Of a stretch of DNA of 64,000 nucleotides, positions 37,647-47,630 are shown in pieces (the first letter of the stretch is position 1; each line of letters starts with the position of its first letter). Made by a program: the position numbers and the translations under genes. The stretch is taken from the IMG/VR virus record IMGVR_UViG_3300048919_000265. One strand, 5' to 3'. The stretch comes from a virus. The notes below the pieces were generated by a model. That model was not told where the DNA came from. It did no database searches and saw only the letters and a program-made list of their open reading frames with translations.

Positions 37647-40581
37647 TCACTTGCTCCCCAAACGTAGAAAAATATTTAAGACTTTCCTTAAAACCTTCGG
37701 GATCTTCTTTCAGCAAATCAACTAACGTATTCCCGCTCTCGTCCTCACCATTAGCTATATTGTTCATATCAACACTAGTGTAAATTAAATTATCCAATAT
37801 GAATCTATAACGATGATCCTCCAAAGTTGGTAACTTGGCTATCATCGCAGGATAACTGTCTTCAGTTGACACCGGTAACTTGACTAATCCTAACATATCA
37901 AACATGAATCGCTTACCAAAAAAGTACGAATAGTACACTACATCGTTCATCAGTACTTTGTTTTTGATGCGTTCCTTAGCTGCTCCACTACAGTACTTAA
38001 AATACTCGAACATTCCATAAATAGACAAGTAATAACCACTAACCTGCTTGAATTTCTCTCGATCTTTGTCCACAATCGAAATATTTTCCTCATACGTAGA
38101 ATTACGAAGCCTTTTGAGATAGTTACTAAAATTTTCACCATCCTCACGAGGTAAATAGTAATAAGGCTTCATAAAGCCATGCAACTCTTTACTGGCCTCT
38201 GTTATCTCCTCAAGACTGAACAGGTCTCCATAGTGATATCGATAATAATCCAGTGTATCACTACCTGTTGTTGTTTCTTTTAACTTATCAACAAATTCTT
38301 GACAATTCTTTCTCTCTTGCCTAAGCAATTCTTTAATACCTCTGAAACTATCTGATTTATGCTCAAATCCATCAGATAACTTAACAATCGCGTGAGCAAA
38401 ATTATAATAATCTAAACTCTCTACAGAGCTCTTCAAATCATAAACAGCAGATAACATTCTCATATCAGTAAAACTATAACTTAAAAAATCGGAGATCATA
38501 AATTTTGGTGAAGACTTTGATCCCAGTTCTTTATAGTTATTAGTATACTTACTAATCATTTCTCCTACTTGTTCTTGAGATGTTTTTGTTACCCGTTTTG
38601 ATTCCATTATTGATTTGTTTTTATACTCAAATATGCTCAAAGTCTTCCAAAAATCAGCTATGCTGTCAGATAGATAGTTTATTATCATCAAGATCGAAAC
38701 TTCGTCAATCCACGCACGTAGAGGCTCGCTCACTAACAATCCCTCTAGATCTTCTAAATCGGGACTGACTGTTTGCTTTATGTCAACAAATCTAAACAAA
38801 GTCTTGACAAACTCCAAACTTTCTATAGCTTGAACATAATTTCTCTCATCCTGCTCTAGCTTTTGTTCCAGTAACCTCAGCTCTTGATCAATCAATCCCT
38901 CGATTGCTTCCTTGGTCAGCGAATCAACTTCACCTTCGTACACAAATGAATCAAACTCCAAGCCAAGCTCTTTACACAAATTTTTATACACAAATTCTGC
39001 GTCGTAAGGATCTAATTCACCTTGTAGATATTCTCTATGCATAACTAGTGCCTGCTTCTTGTAAATATATTCCGTGTTCAGGCTATTCAATAGAGCTGGA
39101 TTATTCTTAAAATACAGAAGTAGAGAATTAACAGCTTGCGTTCTGAGAACTGAGAAATCTTCTCGCATCATATTACAATATAGAACCGCAACATCCCATA
39201 ACGTATCTCGCATGTCCACTTTATCATAAATGACCTTGCCTTCTTTCACACTGAATCCACCCTTATTGTCAATCATTCGAGAAGTAAGGCTTTGTACTGA
39301 TTTTAAAGTTTCCAAATACCAACGATACATTAACCCCGTACTATGTTCAGTGACTTCCTTAGGTTCTTCAACAACACTAGGTTCTTTTATGAAAACATCT
39401 GGTTTGACACTTGTCATCAAATCATTTTTAAATTCATAAGATATGACATTACCAAAGCTACTCAGCTTACGAGCACCCCTTCTCCAATCAACCATTAAAT
39501 TTTCATATCTCTTATTGAATTGATTATTAAGGCTTTGATGTTCCATAAAAGTGAAAATATTAAGGTGGCCACATGAAGAACAAACACACGCCAGTGGGAA
39601 CAAAGTTAAGTGTTCATTTCTGTTAAAGCTTCTCTCGCTAACTATAACTTTAAAGAAGCCTTTATCAGAAACATTAGTGTGGTCGCAATTCCCACACGCA
39701 AATTCTGTTTTATCCTTACCCGCCTTAACCCATTTAACATACGAGACAGTATCCAATCCAGCAAATTCTTTTAATGTTTCAAGTGCACTTGCACTACTCT
39801 CAACATATCTTTGAATAATGAATCTATTCATGCTACTTCGAATACTAGCAATAACTTCCGACTTTTCTAGATACAACCGATACCTTGCCATCACTTGTCT
39901 CACATAGGAAGACAATTCTAGTTGCTGCCTTTTATCTAGTCTAACGCTCGCAAGAAATACGTTAACTACTTGCTCCTCGGAGTCAAACCCTTCCACCAAG
40001 GTTAACAAGCGTGCTTGGTGTTCTGGTGTAAGAAATGGAAGCTCTCGAGAATCCATCACAGAATACAACATTTCTCTGCTATTGTTATCGTTATACGATA
40101 AATTACTATTTATCGATTCCTCCAGATATTGCAGCCTCATGGATGAAAAATCGATAAGACTATTTAAACTATCAGTAGGTGATATGTTTATACCTTCTCT
40201 AGTTCGAGAAACAGACTCTTCATTGGCAGGCATCTCCTCGTCTTCATCCAATAAAACTTCAATATCAGACATACCAGAAAAGAAATCATCTAAATCATCT
40301 TCTATTCTTTCTAATCCCGAGATTACTTCTTCATCGAAGAGCTCAATCAACTCTTCTTCCACGGATGGTTCATCTTCCTCAAGTTCGATTAAGGTCTCAT
40401 CGAACTCTTCCGCGGGACCTTCCTCATCCAGCAAAACTATCAATTCTTCGGGTTCTCTTTTATCTTCATCTAGTTCTATAAGCTCATCCTCAATTTCTTC
40501 TACTAGGTTTATCAACTCTTCTTGCCTATCTTCGTCTACAGAAGATAATGATTTGGCAGGGATTTCTCTTCCGTCACGCAT
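37627..40581 (-). CDS. Large hypothetical protein (984 aa) with acidic repetitive N-terminus and a CxxC...CxCxxC putative zinc site
   Basis: EELIxL repeats; FACGNC and CVCSSCG. Confidence 0.8.
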   Translation of the reverse strand: MRDGREIPAKSLSSVDEDRQEELINLVEEIEDELIELDEDKREPEELIVLLDEEGPAEEFDETLIELEEDEPSVEEELIELFDEEVISGLERIEDDLDDFFSGMSDIEVLLDEDEEMPANEESVSRTREGINISPTDSLNSLIDFSSMRLQYLEESINSNLSYNDNNSREMLYSVMDSRELPFLTPEHQARLLTLVEGFDSEEQVVNVFLASVRLDKRQQLELSSYVRQVMARYRLYLEKSEVIASIRSSMNRFIIQRYVESSASALETLKEFAGLDTVSYVKWVKAGKDKTEFACGNCDHTNVSDKGFFKVIVSERSFNRNEHLTLFPLACVCSSCGHLNIFTFMEHQSLNNQFNKRYENLMVDWRRGARKLSSFGNVISYEFKNDLMTSVKPDVFIKEPSVVEEPKEVTEHSTGLMYRWYLETLKSVQSLTSRMIDNKGGFSVKEGKVIYDKVDMRDTLWDVAVLYCNMMREDFSVLRTQAVNSLLLYFKNNPALLNSLNTEYIYKKQALVMHREYLQGELDPYDAEFVYKNLCKELGLEFDSFVYEGEVDSLTKEAIEGLIDQELRLLEQKLEQDERNYVQAIESLEFVKTLFRFVDIKQTVSPDLEDLEGLLVSEPLRAWIDEVSILMIINYLSDSIADFWKTLSIFEYKNKSIMESKRVTKTSQEQVGEMISKYTNNYKELGSKSSPKFMISDFLSYSFTDMRMLSAVYDLKSSVESLDYYNFAHAIVKLSDGFEHKSDSFRGIKELLRQERKNCQEFVDKLKETTTGSDTLDYYRYHYGDLFSLEEITEASKELHGFMKPYYYLPREDGENFSNYLKRLRNSTYEENISIVDKDREKFKQVSGYYLSIYGMFEYFKYCSGAAKERIKNKVLMNDVVYYSYFFGKRFMFDMLGLVKLPVSTEDSYPAMIAKLPTLEDHRYRFILDNLIYTSVDMNNIANGEDESGNTLVDLLKEDPEGFKESLKYFSTFGEQVIEYYIS

Positions 40582-41600
40582 GCTACCACCTCTTTCAAAT
40601 AAGCAATAAATTCATCAGCTGTGTATACAATTTTATGTGGTCTTTCTATAGCACTGACGTCCGTTCCGGCGGCTTTAGCTCTTTCCAAACGAATATTGTA
40701 ATAGTCTAAAGCCACCTGTTCTCTCGCTTTTGCAGTTTTGTATTTAGCGGTAGAAGAAGGATAATCCGCAAGTAAATAAGGGGTACTATTTATGGCAGTA
40801 TTCATCTCCACATCAAACAGTTGAATGCCGTTCGGAAGTTCGCCAATACTTTTGCATACTTCTATAAACTCACTTTTTGTCGCTCTTATACCTTCGACTG
40901 TGAGATTACCGGTAATACAAACAGTAATCTTCATTTTACCAGGAGCTCTTAATCTTTTAAACACATGATACTCCGCAAATCCAATATCCATTAGAAATTC
41001 ACCCAAATAAAAAGCTTTCATAGGATCATGCGCTCCGCGCAGACTCAAAAATGGGTGGATGCCACCAGCTTCCTTAATTCTTTCCACCAACTCTTTTGTT
41101 CCTGATATATTGGAAAACAAATTTAAGGCTGTGCTATCAAACTCCGGTATAGCCAATCTACTAACCATATCCGCAAATGTCATATATGTTCCACGGACCT
41201 TAGAAATTGCTTCTTTCAAATAAACAAAAGACATACCCCTCGTATCAGACACTAGGTGCTTATCCTCCATAGCTAGTACTTCAACGTGACTACCATAAGT
41301 CATGAAATTTTGGGCATACTTAATAACATTTCTACAAGCAGCCTCTCCTACATTCTTACAATTAAATCTAGTAATCATCTCGTGAAAAGATTTATAAACT
41401 TTTATATGGCACCTAGGATTACAACACATTAACCTTTTTCGATTTCTTGTTATAATCATATCCGATCCGCACTCACATCTATCTTGGAAATAATTAATAA
41501 ATGATTCTGGAATTATGCCACTCTCTTTTGCCTCCCTCACGGGAATAAAATCGAAAAACGCATTAAACGAATCTTTAGCTTTTAACTCCGAAAACTCCAT
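40536..41600 (-). CDS. ligA: NAD-dependent DNA ligase C-terminal part (Zn finger, HhH, BRCT-like)
   Basis: RCECGSDM...LMCCNPRC, CKNVGEAAC, RLAIPEFD, TVCITGNL...KSEF...YLLAD...TAKYKTAK. No adenylation domain. Confidence 0.75.
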   Translation of the reverse strand: MEFSELKAKDSFNAFFDFIPVREAKESGIIPESFINYFQDRCECGSDMIITRNRKRLMCCNPRCHIKVYKSFHEMITRFNCKNVGEAACRNVIKYAQNFMTYGSHVEVLAMEDKHLVSDTRGMSFVYLKEAISKVRGTYMTFADMVSRLAIPEFDSTALNLFSNISGTKELVERIKEAGGIHPFLSLRGAHDPMKAFYLGEFLMDIGFAEYHVFKRLRAPGKMKITVCITGNLTVEGIRATKSEFIEVCKSIGELPNGIQLFDVEMNTAINSTPYLLADYPSSTAKYKTAKAREQVALDYYNIRLERAKAAGTDVSAIERPHKIVYTADEFIAYLKEVVACVTEEKSLPNHYLL

Positions 41601-41627
41601 AAATACCTCCTATGGATTTGTCAATAG

Positions 41628-42464
41628 TCAATTATTATTGGTGTCATTCATCTTAGCCTCTTCCAACACCTTTTTATAGTCATCCCTCACGGTGAACCCT
41701 GTTATTATCTCATATGGGTCTTTACTAGGATCAGCATTAGGAATCTTGGTAACCTCCACATCCACAACAGTAACCCCGACAGGATCAAGCTCTTTAAATA
41801 TTCTAAAAGGAACTTGCACCTTTGCTTTACGTCCTTTGTATGTAGCATCCAGCCAATACAATTCAATACCAGCGTCCGTTGTAGCCCTTTTCTTTTTATA
41901 ACTAATGAAATCAATAACAGTACTAATATTCTCAACATCATAATGTTCTGGAACCTTATTGCCATTCAAGTCCTTAGTATACGTATCCTTCTCAAGATTA
42001 GAATAATTTTTGATATATCTATCTTTAGATGGATCCGTTATGCCAGGTGTAACTTTACTATCAGGTTTAGTTAATTTAACTGCAGGTTCCTTTGGTTCTG
42101 TACTCTCCGCAGTTGTAGTAGAACCCCCATCTGGAGTAGCATTTAACCAAGGAGTATCACTACTAGCAGCTGGAGCCGTACTTGCATCTGTTTCTCCTGT
42201 AGTAGATGCAACTGTTCCTTCTTGGGTTTCAGTTTTAGTGGTTACTTCCTCTTTAGATGCAACTGACTTGCCCCCTTCCCGAGAGTACATTACTACTGCT
42301 ACAACTAATACACCAACCACTACTGTCATGACACATCCTATTATAACTTTCTGGAACTTTCCAGTGGGTTTCTTACGTTTAGATGTAAGCTCTCCTTCTG
42401 GTGCTGATCCTTCTTCATTTTTATTGCTTAACGTCTTTTTCCTTAAGTCCATGATTAAGTTCAA
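41628..42464 (-). CDS. Single-pass membrane protein with T/S/A-rich linker and C-terminal domain
   Basis: Basic N-terminus, TM VIIGCVMTVVVGVLVVAVVMY, low-complexity stalk. Confidence 0.8.
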   Translation of the reverse strand: MNLIMDLRKKTLSNKNEEGSAPEGELTSKRKKPTGKFQKVIIGCVMTVVVGVLVVAVVMYSREGGKSVASKEEVTTKTETQEGTVASTTGETDASTAPAASSDTPWLNATPDGGSTTTAESTEPKEPAVKLTKPDSKVTPGITDPSKDRYIKNYSNLEKDTYTKDLNGNKVPEHYDVENISTVIDFISYKKKRATTDAGIELYWLDATYKGRKAKVQVPFRIFKELDPVGVTVVDVEVTKIPNADPSKDPYEIITGFTVRDDYKKVLEEAKMNDTNNN

Positions 42465-42510
42465 CTCCTCAGTACAATTAACTTCTTCCCTTTATTAGCA
42501 TAAAAAGAAA

Positions 42511-42530
42511 GGGGTGAGTCGCCTCACCCC
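42511..42530 (-). terminator. Intrinsic terminator overlapping the polymerase stop codon
   Basis: Minus strand GGGGTGAG-GCGA-CTCACCCC-TTTCTTTTT (GNRA loop). Confidence 0.85.
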
Positions 42531-45500
42531 AGAGTTTCAATGAATTTATCAATTTCTTCCAGATCTACACCCTTGTTAATCTTTATCCAACGGTCACGGG
42601 CAATAGGAGTATTAAATAAAACAGTATAACCAGTTCCGTCCTCTTTATCTAATAAAAAGGACTTGATCTTTTCTATATGCCTTCCTAATGTTACACTTAA
42701 GACCAATTGTTCATTAACAATCTTTACATTCTTATAAGCTGGAGCTTTGCTTATCCACAAACCAGCAACACTCTTGGCAGACGAATTATCAGAATCGAAC
42801 TGAGACAAAAACTCTTCTGTTTCATCAACATCTTCTTCCTCATAAGAAATGTACAATTCTTCTTGGGAATGACCAATATCTTCCTCGTCGAAATCCCAGA
42901 ATTCATCATCAACACGGTCTTCATCTTCGCTCTCACTTGCGAAGTCAAGTTCAACAAATTCGGTGTTGTCAACTCTTACACTTCTTCTGCTGCCGTCTGC
43001 GTAAATGGCTTCCTTGCCTTCACCAAAATAATCAATAATCCAGCTCTCAAACTTAGATATCCAAATATCATCCTCGTCTTCATTATATACTGGACTATTA
43101 ATCTTGAAGAAATCAGCAACATAAGAGCGTACCGTATAATTAGTAAAGTTCTCCATAATATGCGGGATGTTAACTGGAGCCGTATCAATATTTGGCTGCA
43201 ATTCCCGAACAACAGTACCTATTCTTCGTGTAATATAATCCTGTTTATGACGCAAAACATACGACTTCACATCACTCTGATAATCATCATCTCTAAACTC
43301 GCCTTTATCCCAACGCTTAACTGTTTCATCAACAAAATACATAGGAGCCTCATTACTGTCATACTTACAGTCAGCCCAAGTATTACCAATGTTTATTCCG
43401 ATAAAATATTTGGTATGACCTTCGATACTTACAACACAGCTTTCAAACAGCAACTTATACAAATAAAAAGGATGGATACTCTTATGAACACTAAACAGCA
43501 ATTCATCATGTATAAGCATATGCCAAATAATTTTATCCGCAATTCCTTCCTTGACGCATCTACGATAAAATCTCATCAGCACCATGCGGAACAATTCAGC
43601 TGCAAAATTTTGAATAGGATAGTTCCCAGCTGGTCGTTGAATTTTTCCTTTTTTCTTGCTATCTAAGTCTCGCAAGTCAAACAAGCGATAAAATCCTAAC
43701 ACACCTGTGACTTTTCCATATGGTATATCATCCGGATCTTCTTCTTTGACTTTTATAAATTTTTGTGTAGCAGGATCCAACTTAATAGGCTTGATCGCTT
43801 CAGTTTTATACTTATCTAGCATATCAATAATAGGCTTGTTAGCTTTTTTATAGTCATAAAGCATAAACCTTGTCTTAGTAAGATTCTCGTCACTGGCGTC
43901 GCCAAACAAATTCTCAGACATCTTGTGATCACCTAATCCATAAGGTACGCCAAAACTAATCCCCTTGGTCTGCTTACGCAAATACTTATCCACCTTATGC
44001 GCAGGCCTGTTATGCACCTGTGAGGCGGTTTCGGTATGATAATCCTTTTCTGGATTATTCATCTTATCAATTACTGATTTAAATCCTGACAAGCTAGCCA
44101 TAATCCTGTATTCTACCTGACTTTGGTCAAAATCACATAAATAGTAATCATCATTATACGGCTTAACTAGAGCCTTCAAATCACCTTTCATAGTCTGACC
44201 AGGATTCATTATCCGTCTAGTTTCAATACGAGCAAGACTATACCCTTTAAATATCTTACCCTCCAAATTCTGTTTACGGAGAGGCTGATAATAACTGGTC
44301 CATTCTTTATTCAGCTCTGCATATTTTGCTAATACGTAAGCCACTGGATACTTCATACTATTAAACTTGCTAGCTTCAATTAACTTAGTTCTTTTATCAG
44401 GAGGCTTATGCTCATTAGCAGGATCTGTGGAATAAACGTCCTCCTTTAAATTCTTAGTAGGAGTTTTCCATTTATAAGTTTGTAACTTCTTCATTGCAAA
44501 CTTATCAACACTAGGTACCCGTTTCTTCTCGTCCTTTGTCCAACTTTTCTTAGGGTACTCTAAGATATCATAGATGACTCTCCTGATAGCATTACCTTTA
44601 AACTCAAACTCATACTCTGCTTTTTTATCTGGTTTTACTTGACTTTCCAACGAAGCAAATTCCTCTGGTGTAATTTTACCTACTTCTAACTCAGTTAATA
44701 ATACTTTTCTTTTATTACGTGCGTCAACCGCTACACCAACATAGTTATACAAAAATTTGCGTATAACTTTTAAATCCTGTTCAACAATATCAGCTCTTAC
44801 CTTGAGCAGCTCTTCATCTGCGGTCATACCATGGTACTCTGACATATACAGCACATTCATTATATCAACATCTTGTTTACGATACTGGGCAAGCATTTTC
44901 TCGCCCATGAGCTTAGCCAGATGCTGATAAACCAACCTAGTATAATCGGTATCGGCACAACCATACAAAGTTGCGACTCTAATATCTTGAATGTACTTGT
45001 ATTTATCTTCATTTCCCTTCCCTAAGATATCGCTTAACTCCGGGGTCTCGTGGCCAAAAATCTTTCTAGTCAAAGTCTTGAGTTTGTTGCTACCTTTAGC
45101 GACTTTAGGGTTAAGATTAAACGCCATCTGCAAGGTGTCATGTGTCCATTCACTTTTCACACCATAGTGATAGAACACCCTGCCGTCAAATAGTATATTA
45201 TGACCGATCAACATTACGTGGTCGCGGTTATAAGGATAACTCCCCACCACTTCCCAAGTAGCATCATCGTCATCCAACCGTTCAGAATTAGTCCCAAACG
45301 CATGCATCTCTTCTAGCTTCCTAACACCTTTATTAAAATTACCTCGCTTCTCTATCTCAACATCTCCACGAGAAACCTCTAAAAATGCACGAAATCTGTG
45401 AATAACATAGTCCAAAGGAACATTATTAAAGTGCTCCATAGCAATAAATATAACAACACTCTGATTATCGCGCCATGAAACTGGTATCGCTACCAATTCA

Positions 45501-46312
45501 TCAAGTTCCTCATTATCTGCACTCAAGTCGTAGAATATAAAGCCAGTGGTCTCGGTATCGACTCCAAGTTTCAACTTCTCTCCGCGATTTACACAAGCTT
45601 GATACTCTTCCATCAGTGGTTCCATAACAAATTTTTCAAACTCTACAATACTAGTAATTGGACGATAATCTTTAAGCAACGTTCCATCAGCAGCTTCATA
45701 CCAGCTCAAATCTAAGACGTTCTTAAGTTCGTCATAACTAAGACTCTTGGTCGTATGAAAAATCTGCTTACCGACACCTTTGTTTTTAATCTCAAATAAG
45801 TTCAGTTTCTTAGTCGGAACTCTCAAGTTCCAGTCCGCATTAAGGCTTAGCTCAATATCGTCGTATTTTAATTCTAGCTCTGTGTAATGGGCTTGATTAA
45901 CACGTGTAAACTTAAACTGCATCCTATCATCGCGAGCTTCAAAATAATGCAGCATGTCTCCTTGAATATCTTCTTTACGTTGGGTTACCAATTCCGGTGC
46001 AAAATAATAAGCACTGGCATCAGCCAGTGCTTGGATGACTTCAGAGAGAACAACCTTTCGTTTATGCACCATGGTCTTGCCTGAAGTCTTAGCTTTATCT
46101 AAAGCCTCGATAACATACTCTACTGGAATCGGTTTGTTTCTAACAAACCGATCATCCAAAACCATAAATTCTACGGGTTCTCCGGTAACTCTAGTGGCTA
46201 AATCTTTCTCGTGAAGTTCGGATACCAAATACCAAGATATTTTGTTCTTAGTCTCAACCAAAGATAAATAATAAATAGTTCCTTGATATTTCAGAGTGCC
46301 ACCAATCTTCAA
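42524..46312 (-). CDS. polA: Family A DNA polymerase with 3'-5' exonuclease (1262 aa)
   Basis: Exo I GVDTETTG, Exo II GHNILFD, Exo III YGCADTDY; motif A CDFDQSQVEYR, motif B RKQTKGISFGVPYG, NYPIQ, motif C LIHDELLF. Confidence 0.93.
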   Translation of the reverse strand: MKIGGTLKYQGTIYYLSLVETKNKISWYLVSELHEKDLATRVTGEPVEFMVLDDRFVRNKPIPVEYVIEALDKAKTSGKTMVHKRKVVLSEVIQALADASAYYFAPELVTQRKEDIQGDMLHYFEARDDRMQFKFTRVNQAHYTELELKYDDIELSLNADWNLRVPTKKLNLFEIKNKGVGKQIFHTTKSLSYDELKNVLDLSWYEAADGTLLKDYRPITSIVEFEKFVMEPLMEEYQACVNRGEKLKLGVDTETTGFIFYDLSADNEELDELVAIPVSWRDNQSVVIFIAMEHFNNVPLDYVIHRFRAFLEVSRGDVEIEKRGNFNKGVRKLEEMHAFGTNSERLDDDDATWEVVGSYPYNRDHVMLIGHNILFDGRVFYHYGVKSEWTHDTLQMAFNLNPKVAKGSNKLKTLTRKIFGHETPELSDILGKGNEDKYKYIQDIRVATLYGCADTDYTRLVYQHLAKLMGEKMLAQYRKQDVDIMNVLYMSEYHGMTADEELLKVRADIVEQDLKVIRKFLYNYVGVAVDARNKRKVLLTELEVGKITPEEFASLESQVKPDKKAEYEFEFKGNAIRRVIYDILEYPKKSWTKDEKKRVPSVDKFAMKKLQTYKWKTPTKNLKEDVYSTDPANEHKPPDKRTKLIEASKFNSMKYPVAYVLAKYAELNKEWTSYYQPLRKQNLEGKIFKGYSLARIETRRIMNPGQTMKGDLKALVKPYNDDYYLCDFDQSQVEYRIMASLSGFKSVIDKMNNPEKDYHTETASQVHNRPAHKVDKYLRKQTKGISFGVPYGLGDHKMSENLFGDASDENLTKTRFMLYDYKKANKPIIDMLDKYKTEAIKPIKLDPATQKFIKVKEEDPDDIPYGKVTGVLGFYRLFDLRDLDSKKKGKIQRPAGNYPIQNFAAELFRMVLMRFYRRCVKEGIADKIIWHMLIHDELLFSVHKSIHPFYLYKLLFESCVVSIEGHTKYFIGINIGNTWADCKYDSNEAPMYFVDETVKRWDKGEFRDDDYQSDVKSYVLRHKQDYITRRIGTVVRELQPNIDTAPVNIPHIMENFTNYTVRSYVADFFKINSPVYNEDEDDIWISKFESWIIDYFGEGKEAIYADGSRRSVRVDNTEFVELDFASESEDEDRVDDEFWDFDEEDIGHSQEELYISYEEEDVDETEEFLSQFDSDNSSAKSVAGLWISKAPAYKNVKIVNEQLVLSVTLGRHIEKIKSFLLDKEDGTGYTVLFNTPIARDRWIKINKGVDLEEIDKFIETLG

Positions 46313-46327
46313 CCTTTACACCTCGAT

Positions 46328-47110
46328 TCACTCAGCATAGCGCAAATTCAAATTCTGAGCATACTCTTTTTTAGCAAAGCTTCTTACCTTAAGCTTATAA
46401 TTGCTATAACCCTCACTAACGATAACAATTTCACCATCTTGTCGTTCAGCTGTAGTTAATACAAAACTACAGAAACTTTTACCCCTGATAACACTAGTAC
46501 CTTTGGATTGAACACTATTATAATACAATCCTACATACTCTATAATGCTACACGATTCTAGAATCACACTCTTTACAAATTCAAGTAGAAACTCATTCTC
46601 AACTCCATCAGTATGTTCTGGAGTGTCTTTCACAAGACTTGCAATAAAAGCATCTAATTTAGGATCAACACCACACAAACTATCAACAGTGAATCCCAAC
46701 AACCCATCAAAGTTAAACTTCAACAGATTACGTGACAGCACGTCATATCCCTCAATACTACGAACAGCTTGAAGATCCGCACCACACTTACGATGAAGTA
46801 TATAATCCAAACTATCTTCCAAGCTTATGATAGTAGTATACTCTTTAGCATAACGGCAGACTCCCAGTTTCTCAATCTCCAGATGTGAATCTGATATCTT
46901 ACCCATAAACTCAGAATACTCCCGCTCTGAATCCTTAGCAGTTAAAACAGACCTAATGTGATAGTCTTCATCAACAGTACAAGCCACCTGACTTTCATAA
47001 CCACTCAGATCATCAATAACCTCGCAGCCTTTCTTCCTAAGCGATCCAAGCGTTTTGCTTCCTTCCCTAATCAACTTAGATTCACTATATAAATTTACTA
47101 ACAAATTCAT
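46328..47110 (-). CDS. Hypothetical protein (260 aa)
   Basis: ORF with RBS GAGGTGA. Confidence 0.75.
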   Translation of the reverse strand: MNLLVNLYSESKLIREGSKTLGSLRKKGCEVIDDLSGYESQVACTVDEDYHIRSVLTAKDSEREYSEFMGKISDSHLEIEKLGVCRYAKEYTTIISLEDSLDYILHRKCGADLQAVRSIEGYDVLSRNLLKFNFDGLLGFTVDSLCGVDPKLDAFIASLVKDTPEHTDGVENEFLLEFVKSVILESCSIIEYVGLYYNSVQSKGTSVIRGKSFCSFVLTTAERQDGEIVIVSEGYSNYKLKVRSFAKKEYAQNLNLRYAE

Positions 47111-47339
47111 TCACCTCACCAAGAATAGGCCGTTCTTCTGTAACAGCAACCTTAACAGCTGTACTAGTTGGAACCTCTACCCATTTCAATTTATCTAGGT
47201 CAAACAAAAATCCATCCCGTACACCACCTACGCTACTCAACATGTCTTCATTAAGTGTGGTTCTGAAAGTGATTGCACTCTTATCTGGATAGATAAAAGT
47301 AATCCACCCATCTCTATGTAGTAAATCATGTGAATCCAC
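47085..47339 (-). CDS. Hypothetical protein (84 aa)
   Basis: RBS GGAAGGA. Confidence 0.65.
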   Translation of the reverse strand: MDSHDLLHRDGWITFIYPDKSAITFRTTLNEDMLSSVGGVRDGFLFDLDKLKWVEVPTSTAVKVAVTEERPILGEVNEFVSKFI

Positions 47340-47360
47340 AAAATCATTCCTTCCCTGCCA

Positions 47361-47630
47361 CTATTTAAACCAGCTGAAAAATTTCTTAGCTGGTTTCAAA
47401 CCTTGTACAAAAAATTCACCATCTTCAATAGATCCCAACACAGTCTGATAACATTTCAGTTCACGTGGGGAAAGAGTACTCTTACGCGACATATTATAAA
47501 GTTTTCGTTTATGCACAATAAAAATAATAGAAGAACTTCCAAATTTAGCTACAACACCTTTGATCATAAACAAGCCTTCCTCCAATCTAGGGCTGGAAAT
47601 AAAATTATCCTTCCCAGCCCTAAAATTCAT
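47361..47630 (-). CDS. Hypothetical protein (89 aa)
   Basis: ORF in operon. Confidence 0.65.
   Translation of the reverse strand: MNFRAGKDNFISSPRLEEGLFMIKGVVAKFGSSSIIFIVHKRKLYNMSRKSTLSPRELKCYQTVLGSIEDGEFFVQGLKPAKKFFSWFK

Noticed and set aside
40082-40609. Ser-rich plus-strand ORFs (also 36117-36596, 42010-42498, 15880-16281, 63063-63572)
   Set aside because: Mirror images of Glu/Asp-rich or repetitive minus-strand genes (GAA read as TTC/TCT); not independent genes.
42707-43666. 319-aa plus-strand ORF
   Set aside because: Antisense shadow of the PolA gene; I/N/F-rich with no motif or RBS.
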